This document shows, one piece after another, positions 39,161-51,284 of a stretch of DNA of 64,000 nt. Position 1 is the first letter of the stretch. The number at the start of each line of letters is the position of its first letter. Below the pieces are notes generated by a model, which saw only the letters and a list, made by a program, of their open reading frames with translations, was not told where the DNA came from and made no database searches. Location of the stretch: contig NW_027117341.1 in NCBI RefSeq assembly GCF_038025025.1, positions 620,001 through 684,000 on the forward strand, written 5' to 3'. The translations under genes and the position numbers were made by a program. The DNA comes from Phyllosticta citribraziliensis. Lineage: Eukaryota.

Positions 39161-41027
39161 ATGAGGGTTACCACCGATGCCCTTCGCGGCTTGCGATTCC
39201 TGGTCCGCGAGGGACATCGACACACTGCGCCAAAACGCCGCTCGCTATGCACCCACTGCACACGATGTTTGCGCCTCGAGGGCTCTCCGCCTCGCCTAGC
39301 CATACCCAGACATGGCCGCGTGTTGGGAGCTGCCGCCACGCGAGCCTTTCACCAAACCAGCTCTCGGCGACTAGCCACTGTGGAGGCCGTAGCGAATGGT
39401 ATGGACCGAGTCCGACACGCTGCCGCGCGTGGACAAAGCTAATGTGAGCTTTGAAGAGCAACCGCACCCGCGAGGTCCCATCGCCGAGTACGATGCGCGC
39501 GTCGAAGCGGGCAAAATAAGAAATGACGAACACCAGCGGGGTATTGTGCGCCAGCCTCCTCTACCTGCGCCTAGGCTGACAATAGACAGCCATCATCGAA
39601 AATCTTCAAGCGCTTCACGAGACCCTCTCCCACTACACGCCGCCTCCTGTCAAAAAGCCAACCATCGAGTCTCTCCAACCGCAAAAGCAATCCATCTTCA
39701 GTTCCCTGTTCGGCGCCAAAAAGGAGGGCGTATGGAAACCCGAAATACCGGCAAACCTACCCAAGGGGATATACATGTATGGGGACGTTGGAAGCGGCAA
39801 GACTATGACCATGGATCTCTTCTACGAGACGCTGCCGCCAAACATCAAGACCAAGACGCGGATACACTTCCACGGCTTCATGCAGCAAGTGCACCGCGAT
39901 CTCCACAAGATGAAGATGCGCTACGGGAATGACATGGACCTGGTCCCGTTCGTCGCTGCAGAGATTGCCGAACAGGCGCAAGTCCTCTGTTTTGACGAAT
40001 TTCAGTGTACCGACGTGGCTGACGCCATGATCCTGCGCCGGCTCATTGAGTCCCTCATGTCCCACGGTGTTGTACTCGTCACAACTAGCAACCGACACCC
40101 GGACGAGCTCTACAAGAACGGGATCCAGCGCGAGTCCTTCATTCCCTGCATCCAGCTTCTCAAGAAGCGCCTGCGAGTCATCAACCTCGACTCGCAGACG
40201 GACTATCGCAAAATTCCAAGGCCGCCTTCAGGGGTCTACCACCACCCGCTGGATGCATCGGCCAAGACACACGCTGATCGCTGGTTCCGATTCCTGGGCG
40301 ACTTTGAGAATGACCCGCCGCATGAAGCCCAGCATACGGTCTGGGGGCGCGAGGTCAGCGTGCCGCGAGCCAGCGGCAAGGCGGCCATGTTCACGTTCAA
40401 CGAAATCATCGGACGAGCCACTGGCGCAGCGGACTACCTCGAGTTGATGCGCAACTACGAGGCCTTTATCATCACCGACGTGCCGGGAATGAGCCACAAG
40501 ACGCGCGACCTGGCGCGGCGCTTCATCACCTTCATAGACGCCGTTTACGAGAGCAGAGTACGTTCCGCTGCCACACCCCTGCTGCTAAGCTGTCTGGCTA
40601 ATCCAAGACATAGGCCAAGCTGGTCCTCACCACCGCCGTACCCCTGACCGAACTCTTCGTCTCGGCCGATGAGCTCTCGGAAGCTCGTTCCAACCCCTCA
40701 GTCAACATCCCGACCTCACCAACAGCATCCGCTTCGCACCAGACGTCGGCACAAACCGGCGGCAGCGGCGGCGCCGACGACAACATCTCGGACTCGATGC
40801 GCTCGCTCATGGACGACCTGGGCCTCAACCTGGCGACGCTCAAGCAGACCAGCATCTTCAGCGGCGACGAGGAGCGCTTCGCCTTCGCGCGCGCCCTGTC
40901 GCGCCTCGTCGAGATGGGCAGCCAGGAGTGGGTCGAGCGCGGCATGGGCCTCGAGAAGCTGGGCGGCCAGAAGGAGCGCGACAGCTGGCTCAAGACGAGG
41001 AGCAGATGGCGCGAGGACAGCATGTGA
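39161..41027 (+). CDS. AFG1: Mitochondrial AFG1/ZapE-family ATPase; introns 39399-39456, 39541-39589, 40558-40613
   Basis: PRGIYMYGDVGSGKT, RIHFHGFM, LCFDEFQCTDVADAMIL, TSNRHPDELY, ARRFITFIDAVYE, FAFARALSRL. Confidence 0.93.
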
Positions 41028-41877
41028 TGAGGTGTCACAGGTAGGCGGAGCGATGAAGTTGAGGGCGAGGAGCGCGCATCTTTGGTTGCATTTGAGGCGT
41101 GGCATACGTATCATATCTCTGCTGTCTGTTTCTACCATCTCGGCACCATTTCTTGCGTCGGGTAGGTCTCTGACCACACCACATAGCCAGCATTCACCCC
41201 TTTTCTGCTACTCTTCTGTATCATGCACCCATCTAAGCCATAGGCTACTTGTATAGTGCACACACGACAGGCTCCATTGCATAGAAAGCGTGCAGCACTT
41301 TTCCAAACATGTCTTTTCCGATTCATCTTTTCTATCGTGTCTCGTCTTGTCTCGCCGGTGACCCAGCTATCCCATCTTGTGTGTGTTGTCTACACTACAC
41401 CATCCATCCGACCACCATGCCGTCCTTGTCTTGTCCAGCATCCACGTTTTTCGGATCCAGCCCGAGAGTCGCAAGAGGTAGGTGGATCAAGAGGCGGTCG
41501 TGGCGGGACGAAAAGTCAAGCAACCAAAACCAAGCCAATCAAAGCAAAGAAAAGCAAAGAAAAGAAGAAAACGCACAGGAGTAGAGAAGCAGTGATCTGT
41601 ATCTACGTCTTTTCTTTCGCGGGGAAAGAGCAAAAGAGCAAGCTGTCATTATGAGAGGAGACGGTTGATTGTCCTTTTTGTTTTGTAGGAGCAGGAAAAG
41701 CAGTGTGACGCCGCCGTCGCCCGTCCGTCATCCAGTGCTCCGAGTTCATGATCCCATACAATCATCCCTGGGGATGATGTGCCAGTCGGTGCATACCCAC
41801 CATGCAGGCCAGCTTCCAGCGCCCAGCGTCACTGCTGCGAACCTCGCAGTATCACCTCCCTCGTCCGTCCTGCTGAC

Positions 41878-43403
41878 TTACTGCACCTCCTTGACGACCT
41901 TGTCGATGGCCTGCGCAACGTACGCGACGTTGTTGGTGTTGAGGCCAGCCATGGAGATGCGGCCGTTCTTGGTCATGTAGACGTGGGCGTGCTCGCGGAT
42001 AGCCAGGACCTGCTTCTCGCTGAGGCCCGTGAAGCTGAACATGCCAATCTGGTCGGTGATGTGGTTCCAGGAGCCCGGAGTGCCGGCAGCCTCGAGCTTG
42101 CTGCGTAGCGCCTTGCGCATCTCGATGATGCGGCCGCTCATGGTGCGCAGGTTCTCCTCCCATTCGGCAAAGAGCGCCGCGTCGTTGAGCACGAGCGCCA
42201 CAATGCGCGCGCCGTACGCCGGCGGGTTGGAAATCTCGCTGCGCTGCAGGATCTTGAGCTGCGAGTCGACACGCGAGACCGTGTCGACGGCGTCGGAGCC
42301 CGGCGACGTGATGAAGTGGAAGCAGCCGGCGCGCTCGCCGTACAGGCCAAAGTTCTTGGCGTAGCTCTGCGCGACAACCATCTCGAAGCCCTGCGACGCA
42401 AAGTACCGGATTGCCCAGGCGTCGCGATTCAGATCACCCGATGCGAAGCCTTGGTAGGCGGTGTCGAAGAAGGGAAAGTGATTGCGAGCGCGAATCACCT
42501 CGGCTATGGCCTTCCACTGCTCCTGCGTGGGGTCGACGCCCGTGGGGTTGTGGGCGCAGGCGTGCAAGAGGATGATGCTGCCTTCGGGCGCCGCCTTTAT
42601 GGCGGCAATCATGCCATCAAAGTCGAGACCGCGAGTCTGCGTGGAAAAGTAGGGATATGTCTTGAAGGGGAGGTGGACGTTGGAGAAGATCTGCTGGTGG
42701 TTGGCCCATGTTGGGTTGGAGAAGTAGACCTCCTTGTCGCCCTTGGTGTTGTAGAACTTGGAGAGGAAGAGAGCGCCGAGATGGACGGCTCCGGTGCCGG
42801 AGATGGTTTGAAGAGAGGTGACCTAGACGATGCCATCGAGTCAGGCGTGATTACTCGTTTGGGAACATGTCTGCAAATGTCGACACCAAAATACATACCC
42901 GCTTCTCAGCAATGACCGGACTGTCGGCGCCCAGAATGAGTTTTTGGGAAGCCGAGGTGAAGTTGGCAAGGCCAGCAATGGGCAGATACTCGTGGTTCAG
43001 ATCGGGGTCTTGACGGAGTATCTCGTCGGCCTATAGGAAGCGCTCCAGTCAGCGACGCCAATCACCAAGATCAGAGAGGCTCATGCAGATGAAGCGCACA
43101 AACCTTCTTCACGACAGGCAAAACCCATGGCTTCGCATGGTCGTCGCGATATGCGCCAATGCCCAGGTCGACCTTCTTGTCAAATGGGTCGGCACGGTAA
43201 GCTGCCATCAGACCGAACAGCGGGTCCTCAGGAGCTTTGGGCACGACGGATGCCGCAAAGGCAGAGGGCTTTGGCGACGCCATGTGTGATGATATTTGCT
43301 GCAAGCGAGCGCGGGAGGAGTGGTTGGGAGTGGAGTCTGTCGGACCTCGAGAGGAGGGCGAGGTATTTGATGAGGCAAAGGAGGAAGAGAGAGGTGGTGC
43401 CAT
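41878..43403 (-). CDS. AAT2: Aspartate aminotransferase, cytosolic type, with a 40-aa N-terminal extension (second ATG at 43283); introns approx. 43031-43103 and 42823-42898
   Basis: KVDLGIGAYRD, QTISGTGA, LLHACAHNPTGVD, DTAYQGFASG, SYAKNFGLYGERAG (PLP lysine), GRISMAG. Confidence 0.95.
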
Positions 43404-43872
43404 GATGTGTTTGTTACTCCGCGTTTAGGTACGACCTGGCAGGGCTCTGGCTGCTTATCGATACGGCTAGGCCTGCAGCACGCGAGGGAGACCAGGGCAG
43501 TCAACGGACTCCTTGCGACCGACGGACGAGTGGATGGGCGAGACAGTGGAGTAGCAGGTTGAAGAAATGGACAGCCGCAGCTCGAAGCTTATGAGGCATT
43601 CCAGCGAGGACATGACCAGCGGGGAGATCAGGGTTCGTTCGTTCTCTCCTGGACCGAGTTTCCCGAGGCTCCCGTCGTCACCGTCTGGGGAATCACTGCC
43701 GTGGGGATCTCCAACGTCATGCCGCCCACCGCCCACCGCCCACTTCCCCAGGATTGCCCTCGTCACGGGGAATGCACGCTTTGGGGCTAGCTCGCTGCCA
43801 CTCCAACAATCGTCCTCTTCACATGCAAATTCTACCTCTCTTCTACTCGCTTTTCGCTCCGCCTGATGCTTG

Positions 43873-45077
43873 TCATATGAACCAATCCCACACCACCAGA
43901 GTCGTGCATAGTGCACATGTTGCGTAAAACACCATCTGCGCTACGCTCTTCCTCTCCGACGCCCGCTTGAGCTCCTTGTTGCCGCTGCTGACATTTTCCG
44001 CCGTCAGATGCGAGTCTTGGACCAACTGGTCAATTTGCGCCGATTGCTCGAACAGATTCGTCGCCAGACTGTTTTGCAATTCAGAAATCTCCACCAATGA
44101 CCGTTCCGTCGACCTGTATCCGTTTCGTTAGACTTCAAAATTCACACCGCCTCGGATTGATCCAACTGTACTCACCGCACTTTGTCCAGCGTATCCTCGT
44201 AGTGCTTGAGCATGTCCTGGTTTTCCTCCGCAAAAAGCTGCAGCTGTTCCTCGCTTAGCTGTGGCTCCGTGAGTTGTTGGTTGCCCTCATCCCAAGTTGC
44301 GACCTGCCCGCCTGGGTTTGGTGCCGCCGCAGCGCGGCCTGCCAACTTGGACGAATCTCCAACTTCCACTGGCGGAACCATCGCACCGCGCGCCTTGTAG
44401 AGCACGCTCTTGCTCTTTTCTCGCTCTCGTTCCAGTCGGATTTCCATCATCGAAGCTTGGAAACTGCCGCACTCCTCCAACTTGCGGCCCAGGTACCATA
44501 TTACGCTGTCTCGGTGGACCCTGACTGTGTTGCGTTTTGCCTCTTCTACTTCTTCCTCTGCACTTTTGGCCGTGACTGCGCCTCCAGCCGCCCATCGTCC
44601 AATGGCTCCCAAGCCTTTCTGGGCTCGCTTCCGAAGGGCAACCGTCTCGTCTGCCGACTGCCGTACCTTTTCGGCGTCTGCGAGGTTGGTTATAGCTCCT
44701 GCCAGCTCCCGCAGGAATTGCTTCGTCTCGGCGTCGATTTGCTCGCGCTGGGCGTCGGTGAGATACTTGCGGTCTTTGTCATGGCGTGAATGTAGCGACG
44801 TGGACGAGTCGGTGCGCGATAGCTGTTTTTTCCGCGGAGGCTGGGCGACCGAGAGGTACGACTGACGTATTGAATGTAGGTACTGATTTAACTCTAAAAT
44901 GTGTCTGTTCTGCGAGGGGATTAGAACTGTTGGACGGCAAAGAGGTGGTGTCTGTCTCACTATGCGGTACGCTTCCTTCAAGAAGTCGTCCAGGTTCTCG
45001 AGCTCAAAGCCATGACGCTTGAGCGGCTGAGCATCATGTCGACGTAGTGCTTCGTTGAATATTGGCGAGAGGTCCAT
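43873..45077 (-). CDS. UFE1: ER t-SNARE syntaxin-18/Ufe1; introns 44910-44960 and 44114-44175
   Basis: DFLKEAYRI, LTDAQREQID, SNARE motif EISELQ..L..NL..Q..QID and a C-terminal TM anchor. Confidence 0.88.
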
Positions 45078-45502
45078 GAGATGGAGTGCCAGAGCTGCGC
45101 GGGACACGATGATGCAAAAGGCCAGCGCCAGCAGTGACGCGCCCTGGAGCTGCTCGGGCTTGGCGGAGGCGCTAGTGCGCTCGCCGTAAACCCAAAACGA
45201 CAGGAGCTCACCCTCTCCGACTTGTTGTCTAGCACGGAGAATGGCACCACCCTGCAATTTTTCTCCAGCTAGCGACTGCTTCGGCCTGATGCCGTTGTCC
45301 GTTTTGCAGCGGTCGTCCTCTGCCGTGCGCCGTCAGAATAGCATGATGCCTCGCCAGCCCCGCCCGCGATCTATCTGTCAAAAGGCCGCATTGCTGTCGA
45401 ATGTTGACCATCTCAGTGTCCCACATCTTAATCGACTTGAATAGATGGATTTCTCTCTATCATTGTCATTTACACTTCTGTTCTGAGAAGCCTTGTCGGA
45501 GT

Positions 45503-47370
45503 ATGAGTCAAACAACCAAAAGCAACGAAAATGACAACTCAGAATCTCTTTGCGCGTCGGACGCTTTTGCCCAAGCAGTGTCGAAGCCTTTGCCAACAGA
45601 GTCTGGAGTGCAAGATGAGCAAGAATACGGCAAAAATGAGGACGTCTCAGCCCGCCTTACCAGCATCAGCCGGGGATCTTTGGACATTTCCCAAGACAAC
45701 TGTTTTCACCAGGAGTCTCCACAGCCACCCATAAAGGAACATGAACAAGATTTAGAGGATCAAAAGTCTACAACTGAGTCCTGCCTCTACTCCATCTTCT
45801 CCCTTGGCATGAAGCGATACGTGGTCTTCATGGTTGCAGTAGCTGGATTCTTTTCTCCCCTCTCCGGTAACATCTACTTTCCAGCCCTGAACACCATATC
45901 TCGAGAACTACACTTATCAAAAGAGCTGGTCAACTTGACTCTTACTTCCTACTCAATCTTCCAGGGGCTGGCACCAACAGTGTTTGGGGACTTGGCGGAC
46001 ATGGCTGGAAGAAGACCCGCCTTTGTATGTCCTCGAGCAACACCGGAGCAAGACTGGCTGACATGCGCCTCAGATTACTGGCTTCGTGATATATATCGCA
46101 GCGTGCATAGGCATCGCTCTCCAGCACTCGTACCCAGCCCTCTTCATTCTGCGTTGTTTCCAGAGCACAGGAAGCAGCAGCACCATCGCTTTGGGCAGTG
46201 GTGTCGTGGCTGACATTGCTACGTCCGCTGAACGGGGAACGTGGATGGGCTGGGCGCAAGTCGGGCCCAGTACGTCTTCAAACCATCTAGACTGCTATCA
46301 AATTAATCAATCTGACCTCTGCCATAGTGATAGGACCAGCGGTGGGACCGCTCGTTGGTGGCATCCTCTCACAGTTCCTCGGATGGAGGAGTATCTTCTG
46401 GTTTCTCACCATCCTTGGTAGCGTTTACCTCGCAGCATTCGCCATCACCGTCCCCGAGACAGGTCGCAACGTCGTAGGCAACGGCTCCATTCCTCCTCAA
46501 GGCTGGAACATGTCGCTGCTAAACTACCTTGCCGTACGTAAAGCAGCGTCATCCACCACCAACTCTCTAACAGACCCGCACCACTCCCGCGCCGAACTCG
46601 CCCAAGCACGCAGCCTGCGCTGGCCCAACCCCCTCAACACACTCAAACTCCTCGCCGAACCCGACGTGCGTCTCCTCATCCTGCTCAACGCCCTCATCTA
46701 CACGGCCTTCATCAATGTGCTCGCCAGCCTGCCCTACCTTCTCGCCGCCACCTACCGCTTCAATGACCTGCAAATCGGGCTATCCTTCCTCCCCTTCGGC
46801 GTCGGCGGCCTCGTCGCGCCGCTCGTCAACGGCCGCCTGCTCGACGCCAACTACCGCCGCATCGCCCGTCGCGTTGGCATGCGCGTCGACACGCGCCGCG
46901 GCGACGGCGACCTCGCGTCGTTCCCGCTCGAGCACGCCCGCATCGCCGTCGCGGCCCCGCAGCTGCTGCTCGGCGTCGCGGCGCTGGCGGCGTACGGCTG
47001 GGTCATGCAGGCGCAGACACACCTCGCATGGCCGCTCGTCCTCTTGTTCGTCATGGGCGTTGCGCTGACGGGCGCTTTCAACGTGCTCAACGTGCTGCTC
47101 GTCGATCTGTATCCGCTGGCGCCGGCGACGGCGACGGCGGCGCTGAATTTGACGAGGTGTCTCTTCAGCGCGGTGGGCTCGGCGGTGATTATTTTTTTGA
47201 TTGAGGCGATGGGGCGCGGCTGGTGCTTTACGAGTCAGGCGGTGCTGGTGGCGGTTGTGAGTCCGGTGTTGGCTGTGTTGGTTAGGAGGGGTCCGGAGTG
47301 GAGGGAGAAGAGGAGGGTGAGGGAGAAGGAGAGGGAAAGGGAAAGGGAAAGGGGTGCCAAGGGGAGGTGA
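45503..47370 (+). CDS. MFS multidrug transporter, DHA1/Qdr-like; introns 46025-46073 and 46270-46327
   Basis: FSPLSGNIYFPAL, GDLADMAGRRP (motif A), LRCFQSTGSS, GPAVGPLVGG..LGWRSIFWFL, PET; about 12 hydrophobic segments. Confidence 0.9.
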
Positions 47371-48427
47371 TGTTGAGGATGAGCGGTGTGAAGTTTGCAT
47401 CTAAGGGGCGCTTTGTGTTTAGATAGCATAGCCAGTAATTGTACACGCATTGCATCAACTCAAAGACGTACAAATCGGAAAAACGTAATGGGCACTGATC
47501 GACTATCCATCGTGGATTTGACGTGTCAAAGAGGAAATTCCGACACCAGTCACGCTGGGCAATGAAAGTACCTATTCTGCACTAGGAGCGCGAGGCCCAT
47601 GATGTGCCCAAGATCACAGAAGCTGGAGCAACAGGCTCAGGCGCCAGACCAAGACAAAGGCAAGTCTGGTCTGGAGAGCCACAGGGAGTGATTGGTTCAG
47701 CAAGCAGACATCCACAAGGCCACGGCCCCGAAGGCAAGGAAGCTTTATAGTGTTGTGTAGGAGAAGCATCAATTACGTTCTCTGCGTGCGTGTGTCGACG
47801 GGCGGCCAACCAGACCAGACGAGCCGTATTCGTCTCGACTACAACCATGACCACCAATCCCACATTCAGGGGACAGGCGGGCACTGACTTTTTCCTAGCT
47901 AGCCATCTCCAACTGGCGACCCGTCTGCAACGGGCTGCCAACCAAAACACCACGTGCGTCGTCCTCCCCCCTTCCCGCGCCTAAAGTGGACCGTGATCCA
48001 TTTCCCGTTGCCCATTCGTCAGCCATTTCAACATTCGAAGGCGCCTGCGTGCGTCTTCCTCGTAGCGCGCCAGCTGCCAGCAATTAAAGAGTAAAGGTGA
48101 TGTAATAAAGAGATATGGCGAAAAGAGACGTCATGAGAAATGAATGTTGAAGATAGTGGATGAGAGAAAAGGAAAGATTCGTAACTCGTTCCATGCGATG
48201 CAGGGCGAAGCAAAAAAGGACAGAAGAAAATGGATAAGACCAGGTATTTATCCCGAAAGGAAGAAAAGGGGGGACATGAGAAGGAGAAAAGAAAGTAAAG
48301 GGGGTATAAGCTAAGCATGAAAAAAAAGTGAAGTGAAGAAAGGGCCAACGAGAAAAAGATGCGGGTGAGGGACAGAGTCTGTCTGGTCTTCCACGGCCAA
48401 AGCAACGCCCACCACCTCTTTGCTTTT

Positions 48428-50256
48428 TCAATCATCCCACACAAAGTCTCCGTCCTCGACTCGCGTGCACGTCAGATACGGCACGCTGGCCACCCCGGAA
48501 GCTCCCAGATCCAACTCCAAGTAGTTCCGCATGAGCGGCTTGACCGCGTCTGCCGCCAGATTCTTGACCATTTCCACTCTCCTTTCGAATCTCCGCAGAT
48601 TGTCACGGGTGTACAATTCAGGGCTCAGTTTCAAGAAGCGCTTGAGCTCATCATGGGTCAGGTACGCATCGCCGCCGATACCAACGAGACGAAAGACGCG
48701 GCCTGTATTGAGGGGCGGGTTCGACGAGGCTGCGGCGGCAAAGGCACCGGCAGTCGACGGAGGCGCGTCCGAGGCCGAGACGTGGGATAGCGCCGAAGAC
48801 GTGGCGTAGCTGTGGTGGGTGCTAGAGACGACGCTCCCGTTTCCCCGCGGGTTCCCGCTACGGGCCGCGTGGGCCCCTCGTGTGCCGCTGCCGGCAACGC
48901 CGAAGGTGGCAAGGCTGAGTGAGCTGCGAGCTCCAGGGTTCGCCGTGGGCCGGGATGAGCGTTGGGTGGAGGGATCTTTCAAGATGGGTGCCGGCGGGCG
49001 GGACGTGTTTTCGGCGAGCCATTGACGGAACAGGGACATGGCCATCCAGTCAAGCCACGAATTGCTTGGGGTTACGCGATCGCCGCGCGACGTGGTGAGG
49101 GTCAGCTTGAACAGTTTGGTCTCGATTTTGGTCTTGAGCTCTTCCAATTCGTCGGCTTTGTCTTCAATCACTTCCATCAGCGATTCAGGGACCTGGCCTC
49201 GAAGCTGGGTGGCGCCAACAGGCCATTGGCCAACGACATGGATCATAGCTTCGGCATAAATGACACGGCTGCGCGCAAGAAAGCCGAGCTTTAGGTAGGA
49301 GGGCGGGTATTTTGCTATTTGCTTGAAGAGGCGACCTTGGAAGCGGAGAAGATGGTGGTCTATGCGCGGGCCAATCACATCCAGAGCGTCGTACATGTCG
49401 GCGAGCTGAAGAAGGGTCTTGCATTCTACGTATGCCTGAGCAATGTTGACAGAGTCCAGCGAAGGCGGGTAATTGTAAAAGATGCGGAACAAATTGTCGT
49501 AGTCGCGAAAGATGTCCTCGTCCATGTCATTTGGAGGTGGAGGGGCAGAATGGTGGCCAATGTTGAGACTCGAGAAATTTGCCATGGTCCTGAAGAATCC
49601 ATTGGTTGGGGGAGCTGGTTTGTTGTGGACGGGTGGTGGCAGCGGCGCATGCTCTGTATACGGCGTGGGCGAGGGCGCAGCATCCTGTGTACTTGGTCAG
49701 ACGGCAAACAATTTGCAGTTGCGCAACCTACCTTTTGCAGCAGCATGGGCATGTCGTCGCCGTGCTTGCCCCAGTCGAGCACATAGCTCCACCTCTTCTT
49801 CCTCGCGCCCTCGTCCACGGCGGCGGGGCCGGCAGGCATGCGCGCCAGCGCACTGGAACTGGGGGGTGGGCGAACCTCTGCCTGGGCGCGACTCCATTCC
49901 TCGCTCGTGCCAGCCTCGAAGAAACCGCTGGCCTGCGACAGAATCAACCTGTGCAGCAGATATCGCTGCTCCCTCGGCGGTGCTTTGGAATTGGCGTAAG
50001 GGCCGACATGGTTGGAAGTAGCTCTGCGAGCGTGAGGGTTCGAAGTGATGATGATTTCGACGTCGCCGGTATGGGTAAAGACGGGGAATTCGTTTTGCGG
50101 TTGGTAGGTGGAGCCGCCGGGCTGAGAAGATCGCTGGAGGCGGCTGTGCCGGCGAGAGGTCGAGGCACGCGACGACGACGCGACGGATGGAGCGCGCGAA
50201 CTGGCGCGGACGACGACGGCGGAGCGATCCTGGAGCGTGTCCGGATACGACACCAT
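48428..50256 (-). CDS. Conserved fungal hypothetical protein with a BTB-like region; intron approx. 49682-49731
   Basis: GDVEIII...RYLLHRLILSQASGFFEAGTSEEW resembles a BTB N-terminus; LLQLADMYDAL and EAMIHVVGQW; two long ORFs joined by a canonical intron. Confidence 0.75.
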
Positions 50257-51284
50257 CTGGGGCGAGCGGGAGCTCTGGCGGCTCGGTCAAAGATGGCGGT
50301 CGAGGACGAACATTCGCAGGTCGAGGGCGAGCGAGGTTGTCTTTGGGAGAGGGCGACGAGGCTTGGGATGATGCAGTGCTGTGGCTGCGGTGCATGTTTT
50401 TTTTTGGGGGTTGGCTGGCCGGGGGGAGCTTGCGCAGAGGCCAGGAACCCCACGCATGACCTATCAGACCAACGGCACCAGCTGTCTGCATGCAGCTGCC
50501 CACCCCAAAGGCGCCCTCTCTCCGACCATCCACCGCCAGCATCCCGCCAAGCTTTGAGACGTGGTCAGACAGCCAGCCCGACGCATGCAGCCCGTCCCAG
50601 TCTGCTCACTCTCACTCGTCTGCCCACCCCCAAATCTCGTGGCCCTGCGCTGCTTCTCCACCTCACTCCTCATGCTTCACCACTCGAAGGGAGCGGGTGG
50701 ATCCTTCGACTCAACCGAGCGCGGCTCACTTGCATGTCCGTCTCCAAGCAACCGTCTTGCCGTCCAGAGCCATTGGGTCTAGCCGCCTCGTCTGTACCTG
50801 ATAGTGCCAAGTCAGTCGCCCGTTGTGAACATTGCATCATGTTGAGCATGGCAGAGGATGGAACTGGAACTTGGTTCCGAATTGCTGCTTATCAACCCGG
50901 CCTGTATACATGCACATGCAGTCCTCGGGTGCAAAGTCGTCATCGTCTCGGCGTGGCAAAAGCAGCCATCGACTTTCTCTCGAACCCCTTCTCTTCTCGT
51001 GGCCTGCGCACTGCTCAATTTGCTTTTGGACCCTGATCTGCTCTTGTGTGTTGCTCCGTCCATCGCCGTGGGACAGCGCTTCGTACTGGAACGGGCCCCA
51101 GGGTCTACCGCAACATGTCGACCCCAACCCTGGAATCTTCTCTGAAGACCACCCAGGCCGCGGCCTTCGGGGCTTGCTTCCGCCTCAATCTCACTGGTAG
51201 GTAGTCACCGCTGCTGTGGGCTGCATTGTCCAACGCATCGACCACCTCACTCTGAAAATCTTGCGAGCACCATGGCCGCCGGCA

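Noticed and set aside
49606..51036. 476-aa plus-strand ORF
   Set aside because: Antisense shadow of a GC-rich gene and its 5' region; no recognisable motifs
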